Assembly: GCA_028277945.1 (NCBI GenBank)
Contig: JANQFH010000068.1
Span: 272,400-336,399, forward strand
Length of the DNA stretch: 64,000 nt
Reading direction: 5' to 3'
From: Oligoflexia bacterium
Lineage (GTDB): Bacteria; Bdellovibrionota_G; JANQFH01
Shown here: piece by piece, positions 40,930 to 50,513 of the stretch
Numbering within the stretch: position 1 is the stretch's first letter
Layout of the letters: each line of letters opens with the position of its first letter
Program-made: the position numbers and the translations under genes
Notes under the pieces: generated by a model
Seen by the model: the letters and a program-made list of their open reading frames with translations, nothing else
Told to the model about the DNA's origin: nothing
The model's database searches: none

Positions 40930-42629
40930 TGTAAGTGCCATTGCTCTACAGTATTCACCGCATAGAATTGATGTCCAGTTAAGCGAAAGCCGCGTAGATT
41001 CATAGGAATCACAGCTATCTGTGTACGGTAGTATAGCGGTATCACCGGCACCTCCTTGGCGTACTGCTGTTGGACAATCTTCATCAGTTTCCTGCGTTCC
41101 GCAAAGCTGAACTCCTCCGTGATCTTCTCCAGTGCAGCGTCGGTTTCAGGATCTTTAAACCCCGGAAAGTTTTGCCCAGAGTAACCGTTTTTCGCCGTTG
41201 GGATTTCACTGGAGTGGAGCATGTACCATGGAACAAAATCCGGTGCGGCAGCCCAGGCGTACATCGCCATAGCAGGGAACTTCAGTCTGCGTAATGTCTC
41301 GGAAAAGAAGATGCGCGGGGGTGTGTTCTTCAGCTTGATTTCTATGCCAACTTTTTTCCACTCGTTTTGCAAAAAAACCTGTACTAACTCGCGCGTTTTG
41401 TTCTCCGCAGTGGTCATAAAGATAAATGACAGCTTCTTACCGTTCTTTTGTCGAATGCCAGCTGGCCCCATGGTCCACCCAGCAGCGTCCAATAAGCTTG
41501 CCGCCCGTTTCGCGTCATAGGGGTAGCGCATGACATCGTCTGTATAGTAGGGATCCAGCGGGTGTACGGGGTGGAGGGCGACCTGTTGTCGGCCTGCAAA
41601 GAGCGCCTTTACCAAAGCGTGGCGATCTATAGCGTACACTAGTGCTCGCCGTACGCGGATGTCCTGGAGAATGGGGTTGCGCAGGTTCAGGTCAATATGT
41701 TCGTATAAAGGACCCTCACGGTACTTGACTTCAAAACGTCTCTTGAGTGCCGCATCTCCGCTTAGCCTTTTGTCCAGGGACAGAGCTTGGTCCAGGTTCA
41801 AAGAACCTTCAACAATCATATCGACTGTGCCGGAGAGCAGGTTGGCCTCGAGAGCCTGCGAGTTTGGAATGATTTTAAAGACGAGTCTTTCAATTTTTGG
41901 TTTTTTTCCATGGAAGTGCGGATTGCGCTTGACAACTACATGGCTGCCCGGCTTGATCTCTTTGACTAGATAGGGGCCGCAGTAGAGTCCAGAGTTGGTC
42001 GGATTGGTATTATAGGTGGTCTGTTTTTCATAAGCGCCCACGCTATTTTTGGTTCGCTCCCACACTGGCCCTTCAATATGATGGGGTAGCACGTAAAAGT
42101 TTGGCATTTGATAATAATCGTAACGTGGCTTGTCGTACTTTGTCGTAAACTTCTTGGGGTTTTTAGGATCAATCGTGAACGCCTCGATCTGCGTGTACTG
42201 TTCTTTTCCTCCGCTAGCTACATTTGGGGATTTTCCCACCTTCCAGGCGAGCTGAATGTCGTAGCCCGTAACCGGTGTACCATCGCCCCATTTGGCATTG
42301 GCTTTAAACTCCCAGTCGACCAACAGTTTCTTTTTGCCCTTCTCTTCGATTATCCTTACCATGCCATTTTCCAAAGTTGGCATCTTCGTACAGAGCCAGC
42401 ATCGCCACTGCCAATCAGCATCGATTGCATTAATGCGATAACCGACAGTCGAGTAGATATACTGGCTACCCAATTGTTGCGAGAGCAAGGGGTTGAGAGA
42501 GTAAAACTCATGGGTCATGCCCAGGGTGAGTTGTTTGTTGTTTGGCTGAGCAGCGATGAGTTCTGTGGCAGCGCAGAGGTTAAGAAGCAGAGTAGCCAAT
42601 ACAGAGAGTTTTTGCAGGTTGTTCTTCAT
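40926..42629 (-). CDS. Family-5 ABC substrate-binding protein, copy 2
   Basis: Paralogous motifs; likely start MKNNLQK. Confidence 0.93.
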   Translation of the reverse strand: MKNNLQKLSVLATLLLNLCAATELIAAQPNNKQLTLGMTHEFYSLNPLLSQQLGSQYIYSTVGYRINAIDADWQWRCWLCTKMPTLENGMVRIIEEKGKKKLLVDWEFKANAKWGDGTPVTGYDIQLAWKVGKSPNVASGGKEQYTQIEAFTIDPKNPKKFTTKYDKPRYDYYQMPNFYVLPHHIEGPVWERTKNSVGAYEKQTTYNTNPTNSGLYCGPYLVKEIKPGSHVVVKRNPHFHGKKPKIERLVFKIIPNSQALEANLLSGTVDMIVEGSLNLDQALSLDKRLSGDAALKRRFEVKYREGPLYEHIDLNLRNPILQDIRVRRALVYAIDRHALVKALFAGRQQVALHPVHPLDPYYTDDVMRYPYDAKRAASLLDAAGWTMGPAGIRQKNGKKLSFIFMTTAENKTRELVQVFLQNEWKKVGIEIKLKNTPPRIFFSETLRRLKFPAMAMYAWAAAPDFVPWYMLHSSEIPTAKNGYSGQNFPGFKDPETDAALEKITEEFSFAERRKLMKIVQQQYAKEVPVIPLYYRTQIAVIPMNLRGFRLTGHQFYAVNTVEQWHLQ

Positions 42630-42640
42630 GTTTTTATTAC

Positions 42641-44341
42641 CTATTGCAGATTCCATTGGTCTATAGAAAGCACCGAATAAAACTGGTGTCCGGTTAAGCG
42701 AAACCCCTTGAGGTTTTTTGGTATCACGGCAATTTGAGCCCTGTAGTACAGGGGAATGACTGGCAGCTCTTTGGCATACTCTTGCTGGACAGTCTTCATG
42801 AGTTCCTTGCGTTTACCAAAATCGAATTCCGTCTGGATTTGATCGAGCGCTCTGTCGTTTGCCACGCTCTTATACCCTGGATAGTTCTGCCCTGAAAAGC
42901 CATTTTCGGCTGTTGGAATCTCAAGCGAATGTGTAGTGGTTCGCGGTGGATTGTCAGGGGAGGATATCCACGCATACATCGCCATGGCTGAGAACTTGCG
43001 TTTGCGCAAGGTTTCACTGAAAAATACCCGCGGCGGCAGATTTTTTAAGCGCACCTTAATACCGATCTTTTTCCATTCGTTTTGTAAAAAGACCTGTACC
43101 AGCTCGCGGGTCTTGTTTTCAGCAGTGGTTATGAAGACGAATGACAGCTTCTTGCCGTCCTTCGCACGCATACCATCTTGGCCTAGCTTCCAGCCCGCCT
43201 TGTCAAGTAACCTTGCCGCCCTTTTTGGATCGTAAGGGTACTGCATCACGGCGTCGGTGAAATAGGGATCGAGTGGGTTGATGTTATGTAGCGCCACTTG
43301 CTGCTTGCCTTTGAAAAGCGCGTCGACAAGAGCCTGGCGATTGATGGCATGCACCAATGCTTGGCGTACGCGGATGTCCTGGAGGACCGGGTTGCTCAGG
43401 TTCAAATCAATGTGCTCATACATCGTGCCCTGGCGAAACTTCACCATGTAACGTTGCTGTAGTGCTGTATCGCTTGCAAGCCGTTTGTTAAAGGCTAAGG
43501 CTTGGTCAAACTCTAAGCCGGACTCGGAGATCATGTCGATGGTGCCGGAGAGCAGATTAGCTTCCATTGCCTGGGTATTAGGGATTATTTTTAAGACAAT
43601 CTTGTCAATCTTTGGCTTTTTTCCATAGTAGTGTGGGTTGCGCGCTATCATCACATGGCTACCCACCTTGACCTCTTCCACTCTATAAGGCCCACAGTAA
43701 AGCCCTGGATGCGTCGGCTGGGTGGTATAGGCGCTCTGTTTTTCATAAGCGCCAAGGCTGTGCTGGGTCTTTTCCCAAATAGCTCCCTCAATGTGATGCG
43801 GCAATAAATTGACTGTCCCAAGGTGATAGTAGTCGTAACGTGGTTTGTCGTAGGTAATGGTAAACTTCTTGGGATTTTTGCGGTCAACCTCTATGGATTC
43901 GAACTGTTCGTAGAGATCCTTGCTACCAACCGCAACATTAGGGGATTTGCCTACCTTCCAGGCGAGCTGCAAGTCATACCCTGTTACCGGTATGCCATCA
44001 CCCCATTTGGCATTGGCTTTGATCTGCCAATCTACCACCAACCTTTTCTTGCCTTTTTTTGTAATGAGTCTGGCCATGCCATTTTCAAAGGTCGGAACCT
44101 CGGTGCACAGTAGGCATTGCCACTGCCAATCGGCGTTAATCGTAATTAGAGAATGGACGACACTTCTACCAATGTATCGTCCGCCGATGGTTTGCGAAAT
44201 CAAGCTGTTGAGAGTGTCAAACTCATGAACCATGCCAATGGTAAGCTGCTTGTTCGACGGTGCTGCGCTTGTCTGGCTCGCGATACTGATTGTCAGAAGC
44301 ACTATAGATGCGAGTCGCATTGTAAGTTGGAAGCATTTCAT
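42641..44341 (-). CDS. Family-5 ABC substrate-binding protein, copy 1
   Basis: Paralogous motifs; ATGA overlap with the ATPase gene. Confidence 0.93.
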   Translation of the reverse strand: MKCFQLTMRLASIVLLTISIASQTSAAPSNKQLTIGMVHEFDTLNSLISQTIGGRYIGRSVVHSLITINADWQWQCLLCTEVPTFENGMARLITKKGKKRLVVDWQIKANAKWGDGIPVTGYDLQLAWKVGKSPNVAVGSKDLYEQFESIEVDRKNPKKFTITYDKPRYDYYHLGTVNLLPHHIEGAIWEKTQHSLGAYEKQSAYTTQPTHPGLYCGPYRVEEVKVGSHVMIARNPHYYGKKPKIDKIVLKIIPNTQAMEANLLSGTIDMISESGLEFDQALAFNKRLASDTALQQRYMVKFRQGTMYEHIDLNLSNPVLQDIRVRQALVHAINRQALVDALFKGKQQVALHNINPLDPYFTDAVMQYPYDPKRAARLLDKAGWKLGQDGMRAKDGKKLSFVFITTAENKTRELVQVFLQNEWKKIGIKVRLKNLPPRVFFSETLRKRKFSAMAMYAWISSPDNPPRTTTHSLEIPTAENGFSGQNYPGYKSVANDRALDQIQTEFDFGKRKELMKTVQQEYAKELPVIPLYYRAQIAVIPKNLKGFRLTGHQFYSVLSIDQWNLQ

Positions 44342-45339
44342 ACGGTTGCTCCGCTTAGTTTTTCAGCAAAGTGACAGGAGACCAGATGCGGCCGCAGCTC
44401 AGCGCCAAGATTACGTAGTTGCGGCAGTTCTTGTTGGCATTGCGGTTGTGCGTGGGGACAGCGTGGATGAAAGTGACAGCCCGAGGGAGGTGAGAGTGGG
44501 CTTGGCACATCGCCACCGAGCGCCTGCCGCTTTTTTCTCTGCCCGTGTCCTGGGGTTGGGTTAGCCTTGATCAACGCTTGCGTATAAGGGTGGCGAGGAT
44601 TGTCAAAGAGTGCGTCGCGCCCTGCCATTTCAACCACCTTACCGAGATACATCACGGCAATACGGTGCGAGATGTGTTTGACCAAGGCAAGATCGTGGGC
44701 AATGAAGAGATAGGCCATACCCAGATCATCCTGCAGGTCTTTGAAGAGGTTGAGTATCTGTGCCTGTACGGAGACGTCGAGTGCCGATACCGGTTCGTCG
44801 GCCACCACCAACTGTGGCCGCAGGGAAATGGCACGGGCAATGGCAATACGTTGGCGCTGTCCTCCGGAGAACTCATGCGGATAGCGTGCCTGTGCCCAGT
44901 CGCCAAGGCCAACGCGATTGAGTAGCTCGCGGACTTTTTGGCGTCGTTCTTTTGCTGTGCCCAGTTTGTGCACCCGCAGCGGCGTCTCTAGGATTTTGGC
45001 GATGGTCATGCGCGGATTGAGGGAGCTGAAGGGATCTTGAAACACCATGGTGACATTGCGACGAAACTCAAGCAGGGCACTGCCTTTCAACCCAGTGACC
45101 GACTGTCCGTTAAAACAGATATCTCCAGCCGTGGGTTCGTAGATACGCACTACAGTACGCGCTGCTGTGGATTTGCCGCAACCACTCTCGCCCACCAGTC
45201 CCAAGGTCTCGCCCTTGGCCAAATCAAAGCTAACGCCATCCACTGCGTAAACACTGCCGGTTTGCCGCAACAACAGTCCCGAGTGTACGGGGAAGTGCTT
45301 TTTAAGCTGTTTTACTTCTAGCAGCGTTTCAGAGGACAA
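44338..45339 (-). CDS. oppF: Peptide ABC ATPase (OppF/DppF type)
   Basis: GESGCGKST, YPHEFSGGQRQR, DEPVSALD, HPYT, C-terminal Cys cluster. Confidence 0.93.
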   Translation of the reverse strand: MSSETLLEVKQLKKHFPVHSGLLLRQTGSVYAVDGVSFDLAKGETLGLVGESGCGKSTAARTVVRIYEPTAGDICFNGQSVTGLKGSALLEFRRNVTMVFQDPFSSLNPRMTIAKILETPLRVHKLGTAKERRQKVRELLNRVGLGDWAQARYPHEFSGGQRQRIAIARAISLRPQLVVADEPVSALDVSVQAQILNLFKDLQDDLGMAYLFIAHDLALVKHISHRIAVMYLGKVVEMAGRDALFDNPRHPYTQALIKANPTPGHGQRKKRQALGGDVPSPLSPPSGCHFHPRCPHAQPQCQQELPQLRNLGAELRPHLVSCHFAEKLSGATV

Positions 45340-45356
45340 AATTCAAGGCTCCTCAC

Positions 45357-46322
45357 TCAACATGGGTTAAAACAGGCAACCTCATGGCCCTGTCGGTGTT
45401 TTTGTAATATAGGGTCTTGGTGCCTACAGACGCTGGTGACATTGGGACAGCGGTTCTGGTAACGACAGCCAGGCGGTAGGTTCAAGAGTGGCGGCACCGA
45501 ACCTTTAATCGTGCTAAGCCGCGGGACGTTTTTGTCGATGCGTGGAATCGACTCAAACAGTCCGACTGTGTAGGGATGTTTTGGGTTGTTAAAGATCGTC
45601 TCACAGTCAGCCTTTTCAACGATTTTGCCGGCGTACATAACGAGAACGCGATCAGCAATTTCAGAGATGACGCCAAGATCGTGGGTGATGAACTGAATCG
45701 CCATTCCGAGCTTTTCTTGCAACTCCTGCAATAGGTCCAAGATCTGTGCCTGTATGGTTACATCGAGAGCCGTGGTCGGTTCATCGGCGATCAACAGCTC
45801 GGGCTTGCAGCTAAGCGCCATGGCGATCATGGCTCGTTGTCGCATACCGCCAGAGAGCTGGTGCGGGTAATCGTCGATGCGTTTTTCTGGCGCCGGTATG
45901 CCGACAAGCTGAAACAGCTCGATGGCGCGTTGGCGCGCCTCCTGTTTGCTCACTTTGGTTTCGTGCGTTTGAATCTGCTCGACAATCTGTCGGCCGATGC
46001 GCATCACCGGATTGAGTGCGGTCATAGGTTCCTGAAAGATCATGGCAATGCGACCGCCGCGGATCTGCTGCATCTGTTGCTCGGAAAGGGCAGTCAGCTC
46101 AATCTCCTTGAGCCATACCTTGCCTGCGGTCACTCTGCCGGGATCGGCAATCAGACCCATGATGGAAAAGCTGGTGACGGTTTTGCCGCAGCCACTCTCG
46201 CCAACAATGCCGACGGTTTCACCGGCACTGACTTTATAAGAGACACCATCCACAGCTTTGATGACGCCAGCCTTGGTGAAAAAGGAGGTCTCTAAATTAT
46301 CTACAACGAGCAGCTCGTGCAT
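45357..46322 (-). CDS. oppD: Peptide ABC ATPase (OppD/DppD type)
   Basis: GESGCGKT, FQEPMTALNP, YPHQLSGGMRQR, DEPTTALD; likely start MHELL. Confidence 0.93.
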   Translation of the reverse strand: MHELLVVDNLETSFFTKAGVIKAVDGVSYKVSAGETVGIVGESGCGKTVTSFSIMGLIADPGRVTAGKVWLKEIELTALSEQQMQQIRGGRIAMIFQEPMTALNPVMRIGRQIVEQIQTHETKVSKQEARQRAIELFQLVGIPAPEKRIDDYPHQLSGGMRQRAMIAMALSCKPELLIADEPTTALDVTIQAQILDLLQELQEKLGMAIQFITHDLGVISEIADRVLVMYAGKIVEKADCETIFNNPKHPYTVGLFESIPRIDKNVPRLSTIKGSVPPLLNLPPGCRYQNRCPNVTSVCRHQDPILQKHRQGHEVACFNPC

Positions 46323-46508
46323 CACTACATCAATAAAGGTGCAATCCTGTTGCCAATCTGTAAGGGCGGCGAATGCTCCTGAATAGCCAATAATCTTAAA
46401 TAGATCAAGGTATTTAGCCACCGCGTCGATCATCTGGCCGATTTTTGGGCTGTTACGTAACTTGCCTAATTTGTACCTAATTTGAGCCAGTTATGGTTAT
46501 AAGTAAGC

Positions 46509-47234
46509 ATGAAGCATGAGCGGTCCGTCTTTGACGCGTTGATTCTGATTGCCCGCCCGGCGGCAGGCAAATCCGAGGTGATTGACTTTCTCAAGCAGAC
46601 GCCGCTTAAGGAACGGCAGCAGCGTTTTCATATTGGCGCGTTTACAGAGTTTGATGACTTTCCCTTTATCTGGCAGATGTTTGAGGAAGATGAACTCCTT
46701 ACCAAACTTGGTCAGCCAAGAGTGTGGACAACACCCGATTGCTACTTCAAGGACCACTACATCTGGAATTTTTTGATTGAAAAACTCAACTTGGCGGTGC
46801 AGCGGCGACAGCAGGAAAACCCTCAATTGATGCAGGGTGAGACTGCGATCATCGAATTCTCTCGCGGTGGTGATCAAGCTTTTGCCGAGGCCTTTCATCA
46901 CTTAGACAGTGAGATCTTGAAGCATGCTGCCGTGCTCTACATCAACGTCTCTTACGCAGAGTCCGTGCGTAAGAACCGACGTCGGGCACGAACCGGAAAA
47001 GAACACAGCATCCTCTACCACTCACTGCCCGATGATAAGATGGAGCACTACTACAAGAGCAACGACTGGCAGCAGCTCAGCAGCCACAGTCCAACACACT
47101 TGGACCTCAAGGGAGTACAGGTGCCCTACGTCGTCTTAGAAAACGAACCCGAAGTCACCGACGATCCGCAGCTGCTTGGTCCAGCCCTGGAGCAGGTATT
47201 GGGCCGTCTCTGGAGCCTGCGTAAGACCTCATAA
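46509..47234 (+). CDS. Hypothetical P-loop (NMP-kinase-like) protein
   Basis: N-terminal LIARPAAGKS, IIEFSRG, LYINVS..ESVRKNRRR lid-like segment. Confidence 0.7.
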   Translation: MKHERSVFDALILIARPAAGKSEVIDFLKQTPLKERQQRFHIGAFTEFDDFPFIWQMFEEDELLTKLGQPRVWTTPDCYFKDHYIWNFLIEKLNLAVQRRQQENPQLMQGETAIIEFSRGGDQAFAEAFHHLDSEILKHAAVLYINVSYAESVRKNRRRARTGKEHSILYHSLPDDKMEHYYKSNDWQQLSSHSPTHLDLKGVQVPYVVLENEPEVTDDPQLLGPALEQVLGRLWSLRKTS

Positions 47235-48386
47235 CAGGTCTGCTAAGTTCTTATAGTTGACGACCTGCAAATCTCCGATGGCCTGCTGATGTTTTCCGGC
47301 GTAAACTAGATAACCGGTGGACATGCGATCTCCAACCCAGCTCTTAAATCGGTGCAGACTTCTCATAAAGTCGGGATTAAAGGTCATGGAAGACTTTATC
47401 TCAATCGGTATGAGCGCATTAGCACTTTTGTATATAACATCGATTTCGTTTCTGTTGTGCTCACGAAAAAAATAGAGATTAGGATCAAGCCCTCTATTTA
47501 GTCTAGACTTCATAAGTTCAATCACGACTAGGTTTTCAAATAGGTTACCGCGAAGAGGATCACGACTAAGCTGTTTTAGGTCTTCAATGCCCAAAAGATA
47601 TGTGGCAAGACCTATCTCAGTAAAATATATTTTTGGTGATTTGATGATACGTTTATTGAAGTTTTCAAAATAGGGAAACAGCCGCGTCAGAATGAACGAA
47701 GCTTCAAGCACAGAGATCCACTTTTCTATCGTATGGTAGGAGACACCAACTTCACTGGCAAGACTGCTAGCATTAAATAACTGGCCAATGCGACCAGCAC
47801 AGAGCTTTAAGAAGGACTCAAATGTTGATAGGTCTTTAACCTGTATAATTTGTCGTAAATCTCGTTCGACATAAGTCTGAAAATAGTTACGATAGGCTTT
47901 CACAGGATCCTGGTTGTTGGCATGAATGCGTGGCAGAAATCCATGGAACAGGTATTCGTCTGTTTCGAAAGAGGTACCGAACGACTTTAGTTCAGCAATG
48001 CTTAATGGATAGAGCGTTAATAAGGCCGTTCGGCCAGCAAGCGACTGAACAATCGCAGCTTGAAGTTCAAACTGATGGCTACCGGTCAGGACGAAAAGGC
48101 CATTACGACCCAAACGATCGACCATAACTTGAATGTAGGAGAGTAACTGCGGCAGTCGTTGGATTTCATCGAGGATTGCCCCTTGAGGTAATTGGGCTAA
48201 AAATCCCTGGGGGTCACGGCTAGCAAATTCTCGCTCATCCGGGGCTTCTAAATTAACATAAGTCATGTTTGGAAAAGCCATCTTTGCTAAGGTTGTTTTG
48301 CCGGCTTGCCTCGGACCGGTGATGGTAACCACGGGATAGTGACGCATGAGGCTTTGCACCTCTTGTTGAATAGTGCGGACGATCAT
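47229..48386 (-). CDS. AAA_14 + DUF4143 ATP-binding protein
   Basis: GPRQAGKTT, LDEIQ, LTGS, SLAGR, KSPKIYF, FENLV, EID..PIEIKS. Confidence 0.92.
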   Translation of the reverse strand: MIVRTIQQEVQSLMRHYPVVTITGPRQAGKTTLAKMAFPNMTYVNLEAPDEREFASRDPQGFLAQLPQGAILDEIQRLPQLLSYIQVMVDRLGRNGLFVLTGSHQFELQAAIVQSLAGRTALLTLYPLSIAELKSFGTSFETDEYLFHGFLPRIHANNQDPVKAYRNYFQTYVERDLRQIIQVKDLSTFESFLKLCAGRIGQLFNASSLASEVGVSYHTIEKWISVLEASFILTRLFPYFENFNKRIIKSPKIYFTEIGLATYLLGIEDLKQLSRDPLRGNLFENLVVIELMKSRLNRGLDPNLYFFREHNRNEIDVIYKSANALIPIEIKSSMTFNPDFMRSLHRFKSWVGDRMSTGYLVYAGKHQQAIGDLQVVNYKNLADLL

Positions 48387-48478
48387 TGGATAGAGGTTAA
48401 TATAGACAAATTAGATTTACAAGTTCTATTTTGACTAAAATATATAACCCATCTATATCATTAAAAATTATTTTGGAA

Positions 48479-48615
48479 GGCCCATAGAGAGGCCCTTAGA
48501 GAGCAAGCGAAGGTGCGATTCATTCGCACCTGAGCGCGGGGTTTGGGGGCATAGTCAAGCTTGCAGAGATACGATAGATGCGAGTAGCCTCTCCACAAGC
48601 TTGACTGGCCCCCAA
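48479..48615. repeat. REP-like multi-hairpin element next to the phnE stop
   Basis: aggtgcga/tcgcacct; ttgggggc..agtcaagcttg / caagcttgact.gcccccaa; tandem ggccc(a/t)tagaga. Confidence 0.6.
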
Positions 48616-48617
48616 CT

Positions 48618-49694
48618 CTAATAGATTGCTTCGCGGATGCGGGCGCTCAAGTAATCCATGATCCAAACAACGATGGCAATCACAATGATGATGGTGCCTA
48701 CCTCATGCCATCTCGCCAAACCCTGGTACTGCATGAGCAGCGTGCCAATGCCACCGCCACCAACCAAGCCAATGATCGTTGCCATGCGGATGTTGATATC
48801 CCAGCGATAGATGGTGAACGACAGATAGGGCAGGATGATCTGCGGTACCACAGCGTACCAGACCACCTGGATGCGGTTGGCTCCAGTTGCCTCAATCGCC
48901 TCGAGTGGACCTCGGTCAATGTTCTCAATCTGCTCGGAGTAGAGTTTGGTGAGTGCAGCAAAGGAGTGCAACATCAGCGCCAACATGCCGGCAAAGGGAC
49001 CAATGCCAACCCACACTGAAAAAATAATCGCCCAGATCAGCGGTTCTACCGAACGGGTAAAGTTGGCGATAAAGCGCAGGCTATTGTAGATAAACAGCGC
49101 CGAGCGGCTGAACTTCATGAGGTTGCGTGCCATGAAGAAGCTGGCGACAAAGGCGATGGGAATGGCGAGGATGGTTGCCATCAACGCAATAAAGATGGTA
49201 ACCACCATCGCCTCCAAAACCATCTCGAGAATGCCCAGCTCTGGCTTGATCAACGATGTAAAGATGCGGCGCGCACCTCCCAAACCTTGAACGCTAAAGA
49301 GCGCCCGCATATCCATCTCAGTGAGGATCCAACCCAGACAGAGGGTTAAGATGAGTAGTAGCAGCGAGAAGATACCCGAGGCTGAGCGTAGCCATTTCTG
49401 CAGCGACGGCTGCTTTTGCAAACCCTTTAAAACAGGATTCGTACGCTCAACCATCCAACGACCTGCCGATGCTGGCGAGCGGCTCCACAGATAGCCAACG
49501 ACAATGCAGAGTAACAGGTAGAGTCCAAGCAGTTTGGAGTGCGCGGTAATGCCGTCCTCTAGAGCTAAGAAGTGGAAAACTAGGTAAGAGAGAGCAAAGC
49601 AGAAGTAGTAGAGCAGTAAAAAGTTGATAAACCAAGCACGCCGAAAAGCTTGGCGCTGTTCGCGAGCCACTCGTTTTTGAAATACTTCACTCAT
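48618..49694 (-). CDS. phnE: Phosphonate-type ABC permease with N-terminal extension
   Basis: GIGPFAGMLAL, KLYSEQIE, RWDINIRMATIIGLVGGGGIG. Confidence 0.9.
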   Translation of the reverse strand: MSEVFQKRVAREQRQAFRRAWFINFLLLYYFCFALSYLVFHFLALEDGITAHSKLLGLYLLLCIVVGYLWSRSPASAGRWMVERTNPVLKGLQKQPSLQKWLRSASGIFSLLLLILTLCLGWILTEMDMRALFSVQGLGGARRIFTSLIKPELGILEMVLEAMVVTIFIALMATILAIPIAFVASFFMARNLMKFSRSALFIYNSLRFIANFTRSVEPLIWAIIFSVWVGIGPFAGMLALMLHSFAALTKLYSEQIENIDRGPLEAIEATGANRIQVVWYAVVPQIILPYLSFTIYRWDINIRMATIIGLVGGGGIGTLLMQYQGLARWHEVGTIIIVIAIVVWIMDYLSARIREAIY

Positions 49695-49706
49695 ACGGTT
49701 AACAGC

Positions 49707-50474
49707 CTAACGAATCTCCACCTCTTTGGCATCCTCGCCGTAGATTCTCTTAAACCACGCGGCATCGATCTCAGTGGCAGCGCCGGTATAGACAATCTCT
49801 CCTGCCTTCAGGGCAATGACTCGGGTTGCATACTGCCTGACGATGCTTAGAAAGTGCAGGTTGCAAACAATCGTTTTGCCATACTCTTGGTTTGCTTTTT
49901 TTAAATAGTCCATCACCGAGTGCGAGGTTGCAGGATCAAGGCTAGCCACAGGCTCGTCTGCCAACAACAGCTCAGGATCCTGCATAAGCGCACGGGCAAT
50001 GGCAACACGCTGTTGCTGGCCGCCACTGAGCTCATCAGCACGCGTCTGCGCCTTGTCCACAAGGCCAACAGCTTGCAGTTTTTCTAAGGCTCGCTCCCTG
50101 GCTTCATCCTCAAACAGAGCGCAGACACTTCTGAGGGTTGAGGTACTGCCGAGACTTCCTGTCAATACATTGGTGAGCACAGATTTGCGTCTGATGAGGT
50201 TGAAGTGTTGAAAGATCATGCCGATCTGCCGGCGTTTCTGACGCATCTCTTTGAAGGGTAGTTGGGTGAGATTGATCTGGTCGAGTAAAACTTCTCCACT
50301 GGTCGGTTCGACCAGACGATTGATACATCGAAGCAGGGTGGACTTTCCAGACCCACTCAGACCGATAATGCCGAGGAACTCACCTTTATTAACTGAGATA
50401 GAGATGTTCTTGATGGCGTGTACGCCGTTGTCATAGATTTTGTTGAGCGAGCGAACTTCTAAGAGCGGCGTCAT
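49707..50474 (-). CDS. phnC: Phosphonate-type ABC ATPase
   Basis: [36 protein letters not shown]. Confidence 0.92.
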   Translation of the reverse strand: MTPLLEVRSLNKIYDNGVHAIKNISISVNKGEFLGIIGLSGSGKSTLLRCINRLVEPTSGEVLLDQINLTQLPFKEMRQKRRQIGMIFQHFNLIRRKSVLTNVLTGSLGSTSTLRSVCALFEDEARERALEKLQAVGLVDKAQTRADELSGGQQQRVAIARALMQDPELLLADEPVASLDPATSHSVMDYLKKANQEYGKTIVCNLHFLSIVRQYATRVIALKAGEIVYTGAATEIDAAWFKRIYGEDAKEVEIR

Positions 50475-50513
50475 TGGCTAGCAATCCGTGGCAACTCGAA
50501 ACGGCCTTGGTTC

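Noticed and set aside
30625..43235. Similar ~100 aa plus-strand ORFs recurring opposite six SBP genes (30625, 32362, 37700, 39482, 41221, 42936)
   Set aside because: Antisense shadows of the same conserved SBP segment; no independent protein features.
30357..44341. DGR- or invertase-driven diversification of the SBP array
   Set aside because: No reverse transcriptase, recombinase or near-identical template/variable repeat pair seen; copies differ throughout, including synonymous sites.
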